Source: Phyllosticta citribraziliensis
Lineage: Eukaryota
NCBI RefSeq assembly: GCF_038025025.1
Contig: NW_027117339.1
Span: 868,001-932,000, forward strand
Length of the DNA stretch: 64,000 nt
Reading direction: 5' to 3'
Position 1 is the stretch's first letter. Each line of letters begins with the position of its first letter. Positions 12,601 to 25,200 of the stretch are shown in pieces. The position numbers were made by a program, and so were the translations under genes. The notes under the pieces are model-generated. The model had not been told where the DNA came from. It did not search any database and saw only the letters and a program-made list of their open reading frames with translations.

Positions 12601-14993
12601 ACATGGCAAGCCGAGTATCCGACTTGCCAATTGTCAAACACGCAGCCAGTGACTATGTCGCGCTGCTAGCACCACCCCAGATCATGCCGACGGCAAAGGC
12701 GTCTGGCATGACGTCCATCGTCATACTCCAGCGCCGCCGGCCGGACATGTCCATGCTGGCGCTACATAGTCTCCGTGGGAGCCGAATTTCGCCCTCCTCT
12801 GCCGTATACCCCGCCTCCATTTAGGAATCACCCTAATCAGGACGCTGGCGCCCTCTTTTGTCGAATTTTTCGCCAAATACTTGGAGCTTGGAAAACACAG
12901 CTGACGTGGTTGTTTTGATTATCAGAGAAAGTGCGTGATGCAATTGACAGGGAATACAAAGGGAAATCACATCCCACATCCAAAAAAGTCTTGGGAGGTT
13001 TCCATTGCAGCAAAAACTTTCCCTTCGTGTTAGAACTCCTAGCCCTGAAAGAGCGACGAGGGCGTTTCCACTGCCGTCTTCTGGCGGTTTGATGGCTTGT
13101 TGTTCCTCGACGCTTGTTTGCGCTTTTTCTTCGCCCTATTCTCCTCTTGTGCTTGCTTCTTTTTTCGATTGTTCTTTCCCAGGCGCGTGCGAAGCGGCGA
13201 TGTTTCTGTCTGCCTTTTTCTTGAGCCTTTTGGATACTCCCCCACCGCTTTGTCGTCGTTTGTTGTCTTTTGGCTCCTGTGCCATCGCTGCCAGCGCCTG
13301 ACTTTTACTGCCTTGCCTGCACGCCTTCTTGTCGTCCGCTCCCCCGTCCAGTCCTGTCCGCCAGGAGTTCTTATTCTCGGCAGGGACTCGGGTCCTTGTC
13401 TTTGGCTCAGTCAGATATGATCTCACACACTGACACTTGCTTCTTTTTCCATGTCTTCTTTTTTCAACCTTGGTCTTTTGCCTTTTTTTGGTTTCACTTG
13501 GATACACACACAATGCAGTCCCGTTTGCTCTGCCGTTGTTGTTGCGCTGCGTTGCATCATCCATCCAGCATCGGGACTGGCGCGGCGCTTGGTTTGGTAT
13601 ATGGCACGGTAGAATGGATTGGATTGGATCGGAATACTGGGCGAATGCCCACCTTCTTTGGACTGTTGGGCCAGCAACTTGGGTTTTGATTGATGGGTGT
13701 TTCTGTTCTTTTCCTTCTTTCTCGTGGCTGCTGCTGCTGCTGCGTGTCTCGTGGAGACGTTCGCATTGGGTTCAATCACGTCGATCGGGCGTCCAAAACA
13801 CGACTGGCACGGTACTCAGCGATGCAAACTCTCCCCCGTCGTCTGCGCGACTGCAACGATGCCTTCGGCGACGGACCCGGACGGCAGCTGCCTGAGACCT
13901 CTTTTTCCCCTTCTCTTAACATTTTTTGCTCCAAAAGAAAGGCGACCGACCGGGCTTGTGTAGCTTAGAGATAGAACGCGGGTATTTACACACATATCCA
14001 CAGAGAGATGTACATAATTATCAACACCAATCAATTGATAGACTACAACAAACATCGCATCTCATCGTCATGTGTGTGCAATGTGGGTCTCGCATTGATA
14101 TGTACCTTGGCCAAGAAATGAGTGTAAACCAAGCAAGAGATACCGAGAGCAAATCCCACCCAATTTGTGCCTTGTCCCGCGGTACATGCTCGCTCGGGAC
14201 GGACGGGTGGATGGATGGACCCTCTCTCTCCCTTCGTTCGACCCCGCCCCCACCTTCCCGTTCACTTTGAGCTCGTCGAGCTACTAGCTAGAGCTGCCCC
14301 ACGCGTGCGCATGCGTCACTACTGGCTCTCTGGCTTGTTCATCTAGCCAACTACGCGCATGCTCGGCCGGCCAACTTTCTTCCGCTGTACTGCAACCCCA
14401 TGTAGGTTTGGCCCTCTTCGGCTGACTGCGAACGCGAACGCGTACTACAGCATCTGAAGTGCGGGATTCTGGGAAAGGCTGCCGCATCTGCAGCGCGAGG
14501 TGAGCCTTGAGATCTCTTTACCTTTGCGGCTCTTCGATCGAAGTGCTTTCCTGGTGCGTGTCGGGTCAGGTCGTCGTCGTCGTTCGTGCGTCTGGTTTCT
14601 GTGTTGATGTTCTCCTTGTCTTTCACCTTTTCTTGCTTCACCACTGAATTGGCCTTCGTCGACTGCACATGTCTGTCTGTCTGTCTGTCTGTCTGCGCAT
14701 CATCGCTCTCTGCTATCCGATCGTCCCAATTGCTACAATCTTTCCCACTATCTGTTGGCATATCTCTCAAGCTGTCACACATCGTACATCTCTCCTCGTC
14801 TTTCAATCCCACAGCCCTCCTCAACCGTCGGCGACGCGTCTCCGGTTATGCCCCAAACCGATCACAAGGCTGATGACGGCTGCGAAGAAACAATTGCGTT
14901 CGAAAGACCGCGCAAACAAACCCACGACAGAGAATAAGACAGTAAACCACAAGAACGTATCAGGAAACGCCAACAGACACAAACACCACAACC

Positions 14994-16405
14994 ATGCCAT
15001 ACGAACTCGCAGGCCGCAACGTCCTAATAACCGGCGGATCTCGGTACACCCCCTCTCCCCTTCCCTCCCGTCCTCCCATGCCCAACCCACAAAACTAATA
15101 CCCCCTCCCACCCCCAGAGGTCTCGGCGCAGCCATCGCGCTCGCCTTCGCCGCCCAAGGCGCCAACGTCGCAATAAACTACCAGAGCAACAGCGGCGCCG
15201 CGGCCGCCGTGCTCGACCGCCTAAAGCAGGAGCATCCGCGCGTCAAGGCCGTCGCGCTGCAGGCGGATGTGGGGAGCATGGCGCAGTGCGCGACGCTGGT
15301 TGAGCGGGCAAAAAACGAGTTGGGCGGGTTGGATGTTGTCGTTGGTAATGCGGTGAGTTTGTAGTTGGGTTGAGAAGACGGTTGGATAGATCGCTAACGA
15401 CGTGATGCTGTAGGGCTACACCAAATTCTCGAAATTCGGCGATTTGGACGCGCTGAGCGAGGAGGATTGGGACAAGGCAAGTGTCGATTTCTATCCGTTC
15501 TTGCTTTCCCGTTGGCAACTAATCATCATCCGCCGAACAGTGCTGGGCCGTCAACGTCAAGGGCAAGCTGGCGCTCCTGCGCGCCGCGCTGCCCACGTTC
15601 AACGCCAACCCGGACGGTGGCGTCTTTCTCATCACGGGGTCCGTTGCGGTATGTACCGTCTGCGCACTCTCCATTTCTTCTCTTGGTTCCGTTTCGGCAG
15701 ACAACGATTGTCTGTTCAAAAGGTCGTCTGTCTGTTGTGTCTATTGGGTACACGCTCTGCTTGTGCCTTTGTGCAGGACGTCAGGGCCTCCCAAATCCCA
15801 TTTCAGTCTTGGAGAAATACTAAAGAAACATACCCCCGCCAGTTCAACGTCCAACGCCAGACAGGGATATTGTGGCTAATGGTCTCGAATACAGTCCGTC
15901 CAACAAAGCGGCAGCTCCATGGCGTACAGCGTGACCAAGGCTGCACAGCTGCACCTGATGAAGTGCCTCGCGGCCACGCAGGGGGACAAGGTGCGCGTCA
16001 ACGCCGTGCTGCCGGGCATACTGCTCACCGACTGGGTACGTGTCATCTCTGCCATAGCCAACACCCTCCGTTGCCCTCCAGTTGTTGTCTGCCTTGACTA
16101 GGGCAGTGGGCGAACTTCACTAGACGCGGAGCTCACAAATATGCTGACGCCGTGCAGGGTGAGATGTATCCCCCCGAAGCCATCGAAACAATGAAGGAAA
16201 AGTCTGCGCTCAAGTCGGTGACAGACCTGCAGGACTGTGCGGACGCGTACGTCATGTTGGCCAAGAATACGTCGATTACAGGGGCAAAGATCCAAGTTGG
16301 TGAGTTTGTTGGCAAAGCGCTCGTCTCCTTCTGCCGTGCTCTTCGGATGCGAATGCCGAGCTCACTGCGATTCCAGATGCTGGTCTTTTTGTCAATTCGG
16401 CGTAA
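14994..16405 (+). CDS. Short-chain dehydrogenase/reductase (7 exons)
   Basis: Spliced: NVLITGGSRGLG (TGxxxGxG), LDVVVGNAG, YSVTK (YxxxK), VRVNAVLPG, ITGAKIQVDAG; includes GC-AG intron 15477-15540. Confidence 0.92.
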
Positions 16406-16637
16406 AGATATTCGGAAGTGGGCGCCGGCCGTGATGGAAGCGGTGGAAGATGGAGATGAGCCGCCGATAGATACTGGGCATGCTGCATGCATTGTGCCCA
16501 GAGAGGTTTCCCAACTGCGGTGTAGAAATGAATGTCCTGGAGAGGAACACGGTCTTTTCCGAAAGGATAATTCGCGTCCAGGACCTTTGCGCCTGATCCC
16601 AGCATCGTGTAGTGACTTCCAGGTGTTTCTACGCACC

Positions 16638-17950
16638 TCAATCATCGTCGGCCGCGAACTCCGTGTCGTCGAGTCCCCTGAGTATCTCGTCGATGCTCCG
16701 CGGGTCGTCAACGGCCCAGACACCACCGCCCTTGACGGCGCCCTTCATGCCCACCTCCTTGCCAACCAAGTTGCGTCCGACCCTGCCAGGCCCAATGCCC
16801 AGCCATCTTCGTACCTTTTCTTCTTTATCCAGGTATTTGACGCTGCCCCACCAGTCGACCGTCTCGACGCACTGCCGGGCAAGCAAGTCCTTGAGCTCAG
16901 CCGCGCTCCGAAAGGGCCGCGCCTTCACATTGGACACGCACGGCATGTGGCCCGGCCACGCGACTATTTCGCCGCCACCAGGAATACTCTTACTCGGCTG
17001 ATCGAGGAGGCGGCGCATCTCGGCTTCGGCGGGCTTCATGAGCGGGCTGTGAAAAGGCGAGTCTGCCTTGAGCCGCACGGCACGCGGGTCATGGCCGCCA
17101 AACTGACGGACATGGGCCAACAGCGTCGTGATGCGCTCGATGCTGCCGCTGAGGACAATCTGGTTCTTGCTGTTGATGTTCGCAACGAGGACCTGCTGGA
17201 CGGCAGGCAGCGAGTCCTGGACGCTGTCGGCCTTGCTGCCGAGGCCGCCATAGCCCAGAAACTCGGCGAGCGCGTCCGTCAGCGCAGCCAGACGCTCCTC
17301 GTTCTCGCACACCAGCGCCACCATGCCGACGTCGCCGCCGCCAATGGCCGCGCTAGCTTCCTTCGCGCACTGCGCCATGACCTCGCCTCGTCGCCGCACC
17401 ATGCGCAGCGCATCCCCAAAGGCAAGATTGCCAGCTGCTACCAGCGCTGCGAACTCGCCCAGACTATGGCCGAGTGTGAAGTCGACTCTGGTCCGCACGT
17501 CGAAGCCAAACTCTTGCTCCAAAACTCGCAGTATCAGTACAGACGTGGCCATGATGGCCGGCTGTGCGTTTTCGGTTGCCGTCAGCCGTGCATTCGATCC
17601 TTCGGATATGATGCGCGTGAGAGGGGTGCCGCTGAGGGCGAGGGTCGTGTCGATCTCGTCGAGGACGGGCTTGACGGTGCGCGGAAAGGCTTCGAGCCAG
17701 GGCCGGATCATGTCGACGCGTTGAACTCCCTGTCCTGTTGGGGCGATAGGTGAGCAAGCGTGCTCGAGGGGTGGGAGGGGTGTAGGGAAATATCACCTGG
17801 GAAGAATAGCGCCGTCTTCGGCCGGCGGGGTGGGCGTGCGGTGTCGGCGGAGAAGTGTCGACATGAGGAATAGGTGAAAGATGGCAAGGGTCTGGGGCGC
17901 GGACGGCAGCCATGTTTTGCCAAAGCAGCAGGAGGACGAGTCGGGGGCAT
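16638..17950 (-). CDS. MCT1: Mitochondrial malonyl-CoA:ACP transacylase (FabD-like)
   Basis: Exon 17950-17797 with Arg/Pro-rich presequence ending TALFFP, intron 17796-17735, then GQGVQ..AQPAI..GHSLGEF (catalytic Ser)..ANINS..SPFHSPLM. Confidence 0.93.
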
Positions 17951-18556
17951 GTTTGGGAGGTCAGGGCGTGGAGAGGGGGATGGTAACGACGGGACAGACG
18001 ATGGGATGACTGACGGTGGGTGGGACGGACATGCACAGCACTGGACCGCACCGTACCTACCGCACGGCAGTGACGCACCGAGCTTAAGCTCGAGCTCGAG
18101 CCACTGAGGTGTGGGGTGCCGGCGTGCCGACCCGAGGGCTGCCCTGCGGATTTCTTGGCCTGAGGCCAACTCCAGGCTTCCAGGCCTCCAGGCCTCCAGG
18201 CATCCAAACAATTTTTTCAAACTTTCGCTTTTCGTAAAATGCTTCTTTCAACCTCTTCTCTCCATTACGCGCAGCAGCTGGCGTCTGACAGCGTTGTTGG
18301 TGCAGCAGAAGGTCAAAACAACAAACAAAAGCCGGCATCCATGACCCATCCAACACCACTCACGGCTCTGCTATGCTCTACAAGGGTTGCTACCGAGGCT
18401 GCCTCCGACAAGGGATGAATCGACATGTTTACATGTTCGGAACGAATTACGCAAAAAGAACTCGGTGGATTCGCGGGCCTCGGCCCACGTCCGGGTATAT
18501 CAGCGCGGTAATAACCAGACATCAAACATGGCTTAAGCTGCAGCAAAGAGCAAACA

Positions 18557-20949
18557 TCATGGAACATCTCGCAGCACGCGTGCCGGATTTCCTGTCACGA
18601 AGCTCCGTTCCGGTATCACCTGGACCGTCGCGATTAGCAACCCTATACCATTGCCCAAGGACATTCTTTCGACTTACCCCGTCTGGACCAAACATTCTCC
18701 TGTTCAGCACCGACCCGGCCGCGACGATGGTGCCCTTCTTGATGCAAATTCCGGATAATATGGTCGAGTTTCCGCCAATGAAGACGTCCTCCTCTATCGT
18801 TATCCCTCTCGAGATTGTCTGTACCTCACCTCCGTCCCCGCGCAATGGCCATTTATAGGGGTCGCTTGTGTAAATCTTGACATCAGGTCCGATGACGGTT
18901 CGTGGTCCGATGAGTATCTTGGCTCCGTCTTCAAAGTTGCAGTTGGACCCCACCATAACTCCTTCGCAGATGGTGATATTCCAGCCGTAGTCGCACGTAA
19001 ATGGGCCCTCGATCCGAGCATCTTCGGCCAGGCGGCCAGTCTTTAAAGCCTCTTCGCCGCGACTTTCCAGTGGGGGCATAATGACGTTTCGCAAGAGCCG
19101 CATATCGCCATCTTCGCGAAGTCCAGCCAAGAGCGCAAAGTTGTACTTGCAGAGCAGAGCTTTGCATCGTTTACGGTAGTCGACAAGGACCGGATCGCTC
19201 CGAAGATATGGCCATCCCTTCTGCATAACCTCAAAAATTGTCTTGGGAGGTGATGGTGGCTGCTCATGGTTGTACCTGGCCCCGCGGGCCAGAGGCGTCA
19301 ACTGGGCATCCAAGACGGGTCGAAAGATGCCAGCACTAAACGAGGCGTGTCAGTAACCGAAGAGGAAAATTCAACGAGATTGGGCAGATTACGCACCGTT
19401 GTGTTTGTTGGTCCTTTTGCTGCTCAGACACCCAGGAAGTTGTTTGCTCTTGCAGCCCCGACTCGCCGTCTGTCGTTCGTCTGTATGGATCCGAAGGAGC
19501 CCTCGCCATGATCGAAGGATACTCGGGTCCGATGGAGCGGTCTTGTGAATATGTACGTTGCGGTTGCTCCTCCCGAGGAGAACCCCATTGGCCGCGGAAA
19601 TCACATTGGCGGTCCTCGTTGATCGCCGGCAGTCGTGGTTGGCTTTCTTCTGTTCTGATTGTGCCTCTATTGTCGCTGACTTGCTCCCCGATTGGCCTTG
19701 GAATCAATGTCAGTTGCATTCAGATTGACACTTTGATCTGCAGCTATCTAAAGACTGAAAGTGCTGATAGCACTTTACTCCCGCTGTCGTCTTCTTACCT
19801 CGGAAAAATCCTGGGGCTCTCTGAGAAGCTTTGCTTTGATTGTATCGGGGTCGTCTTGGGGATTCCTGACTTTGGCCAGCTTGTTGTAAGGTAGCCCTCG
19901 CAGACGAAGCCGCCGCGGAGGCAGTTGTTACCTATACGCTTGTCAGCATTGAACAAGGAGCAACCGAGCATCCTACGCACAGACGGGCTTGGTTTCGTCG
20001 CATTTCTTTTTGCGGCGCCTGCAGGTTTGGCAACCTGTTTTGGTCCGATTGCTAAAGTTCTACCATTTGTGTCAACACGCGCGGATGGCACGATAAACGC
20101 GGAAGAGCGTACCCTTTTCCTCTTCTTTTGTGGGTCGATTTGTACGCCTGCCTTGGTGATTTCGGTGATGCCGGAGTTTTCGCTGGACAAACGCGAGCTT
20201 GGCGCCGTTTCCTTCTTGAGTGCGGAACCATGACCTTCTTCAGGGTCATGGTCCTCGGGCTTTTCGATGATGTGTGCAATCGCGCCAGCATTGTCGTATG
20301 CAGAGTCGGTTCGCTCAGACTGATTTGAGCCATGGGATTCTCGTTGGTCACCAGCTGTGGATCTGGCGACCTTGTGCTGTGCTTGGGTCTGCTTCTGATG
20401 GCGCTGGTCTAGCCAAGGTTTTCTGGCCTGGGCGGACTCGGGGTCCTGCTTTTCCACGGGTCGCATGTCTGCTTCGGGTGAGTCGTCGTCAGATTCGAGG
20501 TTGGAGGTGCTTTCATAATCGTCCGAGGCAGCGCGAGCCTGGCGGTCTGGCGATGGGCGTTCCGAGTCATCGTTGGGGTCGTCTGTTGCTAACCTTTTGC
20601 GCTTCTTCTCGGCAGGCGGCGTGTATGGGATTATGCGGAAGTCGGATGACCTCTTATAAGGGCTTGGAGAATTGTTTCTTCTTGAATGTGGATCGGTAGG
20701 CGGTGTCGGATCCACCACGTTCTCAGTTTTACCCAATGCGTGCCCGTGCTCGGTCGGTAAATCTTCATGAACAGCAGTCATCTCAGGACTGGTCTCCAAC
20801 GAGGACTGAGTGCCGGGCGGCGCAACCATGGCAACTTTAGCAGCTTGGGCGCGAGATGGTCGACTGTTGACGGCGGTAAATCCTGCGGCGGGGTTCTGAG
20901 GGTAGTCTGGAGCATTGCGCATGACCAAGTCTCGAGTTTCCTGGGCCAT
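18557..20949 (-). CDS. Zn2Cys6 transcription factor fused to a C-terminal maltose/galactoside O-acetyltransferase-like (hexapeptide LbH) domain
   Basis: Exons ~20949-20113, 20059-19981, 19931-19799, 19696-19397, 19335-18678, 18619-18557; RTKTGCQTCRRRKKKCDETKPVCNNCLRGGFVC; PFTCDYGWNI, VIGPDVKIYT, VFIGGNSTIL, VTGNPARVLR. Start codon uncertain. Confidence 0.88.
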
Positions 20950-21557
20950 GGCACCAGATGGCAAGAGCAGCGAGGGTCAGAGGCGACTGACGACCTGAGA
21001 GCGCAGACGGGTCAAGTGCGCAGACGCGGCAACCGAAGGTGAGGTGGGCGGCGGCCGGCCAGGAATTTTGCTGGGTTCCGTCGAGGGTCAGCGGCGGGCT
21101 CGTGGCTAGTTCTTGTCTAAGCAGGCAGCTCTCGAGGTTATTGTCCTTGGGCGCGCATCAAGCTCGTGTGGGCGAGGTCGAGAGTGGACATGGAGGAAAA
21201 GCTGGCGCAAGGCAAGGCAAGCAGGCGGCTGTTGGCGCTTATGGGGACGAGGCGTGTCTTGTGCGGTGCACGCGCAAGCTAGCAGGCGGGAAGCCGTCTT
21301 CGCAGAGATAATGGGCCGACAGCTAGGCGCGATGACGGCCGGTGAGGGAGCAGTGGAAGTAGAATAGAGGACGGGACGGGGATCAGCTGTGATGGTCGCG
21401 AGATGGAGGACAACAGGCGGCGGAACAAGCCATGGTGATTGGACTGCTGTCGAGCGAGAGAGAGGCGACAGGCGCCAGGAACATTGCAACAGGTCGGGTC
21501 CACGACTGGCTGACTGGCTGGCTGGCTGGTTACTGGGTTATGGGACTTGCTTGGGCT

Positions 21558-21559
<2 letters not shown>

Positions 21560-21596
<37 letters not shown>
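21560..21596. repeat. Poly-C homopolymer, 37 nt (poly-G on minus strand)
   Basis: Read directly from the sequence. Confidence 0.95.
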
Positions 21597-21598
<2 letters not shown>

Positions 21599-22229
21599 GC
21601 TGGCCGCTGCGGTGCGGTGCGCAAGCCAGGCTTGGTCCCTTCAGGCGAGGGGGGGGCCACCTACGGTACCTTGTACAGTACCCTACCGCCAGCCGCCGCA
21701 TATCACCACCTCTCCCTCCTCTTCCTCTGCTGCCTCACACTCCCGCCTCAGCTCCTCCAGTCCTCCAGGTCCCAATCGACCACCTCTCCACGTGACTGAC
21801 CACATTCCGTTCTTCTGCTCCCCCCATGTCCACTGCCCCCCCATGTCCAAAACATTGCTCGCCAGACTGCACACCCTCAAAAGCGACAAGTCCTCTTCAT
21901 CCCAGCCTGCCTGCATGCCACAACCCCCCATTTCGCTCTAGCCTGCGCCAGCAATGCACTGCTACCCACAGCCAATGGGCTGACATCATTGTTGACTGTT
22001 CTTCACATCACATCCACCCCAACCCGTGCTGCTGTACTTTCACAAAGCTCGTGTTGGAAATGCTCCTCTCTGCCGAAAGTGTTGGCTTGTCCGACGACTG
22101 TGCCAATTGCAAGCGTAGAGTCGACCAAGTAACCAACACTGCTGGCATGCCAACAAAGGCACAGCGCAGTCAAGACCCACCCTTGGCTGTGTTTCCAACC
22201 AAGCTCCCGACGCCAAACGAGCTCTTGAT

Positions 22230-22257
22230 TTTCTTCTTCTTCTTCTTCTTCTTCTTC
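22230..22257. repeat. (TTC)n microsatellite
   Basis: ~9 perfect units. Confidence 0.9.
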
Positions 22258-25200
22258 TCTCCAGCGCGCCACTTCCCTGCGTGCCCCGAGTAACTTGTCA
22301 TATCCAGTCGACGGCGACTCCACCTTGACACTGACTATTCCTGGTCAACCGAGTGTCCTATTGACAGAAATGGCCACTCGCATGCTAGTCCTGGCGCTCG
22401 GGTGGGTATTGTCAGTTGGCATCCGCGGCCAGTACGCACTGCTCTCCAGCTACGTACGCACAAACTAACCGCCCGGCTGGGAGGGAGGCCTGGCTCGAGA
22501 GCCCACACCAATCCCGTTGATCGAGACTCAGAGTGCCCCGGGGGATGTTACTCGCGCCGGTCCGGAGCATGGGCGCCTGTCCAATCGGCGATCCTTTACA
22601 GGTGACGGTCATGGCAAACGAGGACAAGGCAGCCCGAGCTTGTCCTGGCGTGGCTTGCGCGAGCGCGGTATGTGGTTCTCGAGCTCCGCGGCGCCCTCAT
22701 GTATTGCGGCAGAGACTTGAGAAGATCTCGAGAGCTTTCGCTCGGTGAACGGATTTGTCATGGGCACTGTGAAAGGGTCTTCGCTCTGCATCGTGGAGAC
22801 GGGTGTGTTTCCGCCTCCGCCGACAAGGAAGTCAAAGTCTGCCAGATGACAACACCGTGCTGGACATGCACTTCTGCTCTGCTGCATAAACAGCGTTCAT
22901 GATGCCTATCGCGCCGCGGGTGGGTCTGTAATACCACCCACGTCGGTCCAGCAAACATTGCTAGGCCAAGCTTAGGCTGAGAGGCTCACTGCTCTTGTAC
23001 TTGTGTTTCACTCGAAACAATATTCATGCATCGCACTGCTCATCGGGCACTCTGACTCCCTGCTCAGCGTATGTACCCATATGAGCTGATTGCCTTTGTC
23101 TGACCGCAAAGGTCCGCTTTAGGGGGCCCTGGTCGACTTGATCTCCGCCCCCAAGCAAGGTTCTTTCTTGCATATTGTGGTGGGCGGCCGCTTGTCGAGG
23201 GCCATGCTTTTCTCCTCCAAAAGTGGCGGAAGCCGGCAAAAGCGGAGTGGAGCAACGAGTGGGCAGTGAGCAGTGACGCGGTGCGAGAGTTGTCGAGGAC
23301 TGTGCCGTAATTTAATTCACTTGGTGCGCTGCTATCGATGGCCAAAGGCGTACATGAGATGGACGTTGAGACTGTTTGAAAGAACGCCCCATGAACCTCG
23401 ACGCTTCTCTCTGCTATACCGGCGCAAAGCCACTACAGTGTCAATAGCGGCACAACATGAGAGGCATGGGAAGAAGCACTTGCAATTGCTCACTCAGGCT
23501 TTCGCAGTCTTGAAATCCCGCGACGTACACCGTCACCCGCAACTTCATATTGGGCTGCACACGTCGCGCGCCGCAGTAGGAGGCGCGATTGCGAACATTA
23601 CACTGCACTGTTCAGGGAGCATCATTATACGATGACAATCTACATAAGATTTGCTCCAAAATGGTACCATGGAGAGTGCAAACCGGAATGGTGTTTCCTG
23701 AGCGTCTGTCAGGGCACTGTGCGCAAGCCGGAAAATCCGGCAGACCGAATGGAAAAGCAACGTGAAGCTCTTTTTGATAACCGCCATCGATTGAGCTCCC
23801 TTCTTGTAAACGGGAGCTTGACTCTCGTAATCGCTGCATGCACTGTACCGGGCCCAGCCTCCGTATCGGGCGGCCTTCCCCTCCGCGCAAGATTCGCTGA
23901 CGAGCCCAGTCTCCCGACAGCTGAGGAATGGCTCCATTGCGGCCGGTCATCATGGCCGGCGAACTAGGGAGTCGGCAGCGTGAGCACCGCGCTGGAATCA
24001 GTGTCGAATGAGACTGTCGTAAGCGCTCGGTCGCCAGAGGAGACGAAGGGCGAGCGCGTACCCGCGCGTCTGCGGTGCCTGTCAGGAGCCCAATGCGCAG
24101 CTCTGCCTGCCGAAGGTCGGGGACTAGGACACATGGCCCGATTACCCTGGACTTTGATGACGACGGAGGACCGCAGGGGACTGACAAATGTCTGGCGGGC
24201 TAGCGGTCCCTACATCATTTCACGCCTGTCATACCCGCGTTGGGATTGGACCAGTGGAGTTCGGATTCCCGGTCGGCAAAACAGGCTCCAAGCGGCATGG
24301 TTGTCGGCGCGAGCTGGAACGAGAGGAGCATTGTCAGAGAGGTAGACGAAACATGTAGTTATCGAATGAAAGTGCACGACATATCGCAAGTTGTCCGAAC
24401 ATGGAGTCGAATGCTAAGGTGTAAGAAGCTGGCCGTGGTAGGTTTGTACAGTACATTCCCACGCAACGTATGATCGTCAGCGAGGATAGGCGTTGTGTTG
24501 AGCTCAACTTTGTCCTTTAGTCATGCAGTGCCTCTGATTATTCAAGAGTTTAGCAAGTCTTTGCTGAGACCCAGTAAATTGACTTTTTAGTCACGTTCAC
24601 AAGCTTCGTGACTTTGATTAGTTAAGCACAAATTGGAGCCCAAAGCAATAGGCCGTGGCAAAGGACACCAAGAAAAGGAGATAGGGGAAACTCACGTCGA
24701 TGAAGCGCCTAGAACCTGAGCATCAGGAGTATGCAAGGCCCATGTGGTAGAGCAATAGGAGGTTTCGAGACCGCATCACAAGAGACTTTCGCCTCATGTT
24801 GCACAAAAGCTCGCTCGAGCTTCGGATGGCCGGCGACAAAGAGGGATTTGTCCGTATGCCTTGGCAGTCCCACGACCCAAGAGATATTGAGACATTGTGG
24901 GAGACAACGTTGACAACATGATGTTCCCAAGTCAACGTCATGCAGAGACCCTCCTCGGGTCGTCTCGCGAGCGTGGACCTGGGCACGCGCTCGCCCACGG
25001 ACGATAGAGAGACCGTTGCGATCACGAGCCCGGCTCCGAAGATCGTGCAGTTGGCCAAATGCGAAAAAAAGAGATCAATTTTTGCCTTGCAATCGTGAGT
25101 GCTTGCCAACAAGCGAAAGACAGGCTCAGGGAACCAATCAACAACGTCGCGCAGCATCTGATTGCACGCAGCCTTCGGCGTTTGTGTCAGACGGCCGACT

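Noticed and set aside
14230..14255. GTTCGA T-loop-like motifs (also ~33720, ~61828)
   Set aside because: No paired T-stem or cloverleaf, so no tRNA supported
12597..14870. ORFs downstream of the DENN gene
   Set aside because: T-rich or repeat-rich UTR-like sequence with no recognisable protein
21279..21941. Poly-Pro/poly-Gly ORFs
   Set aside because: Artefacts of the C37 homopolymer
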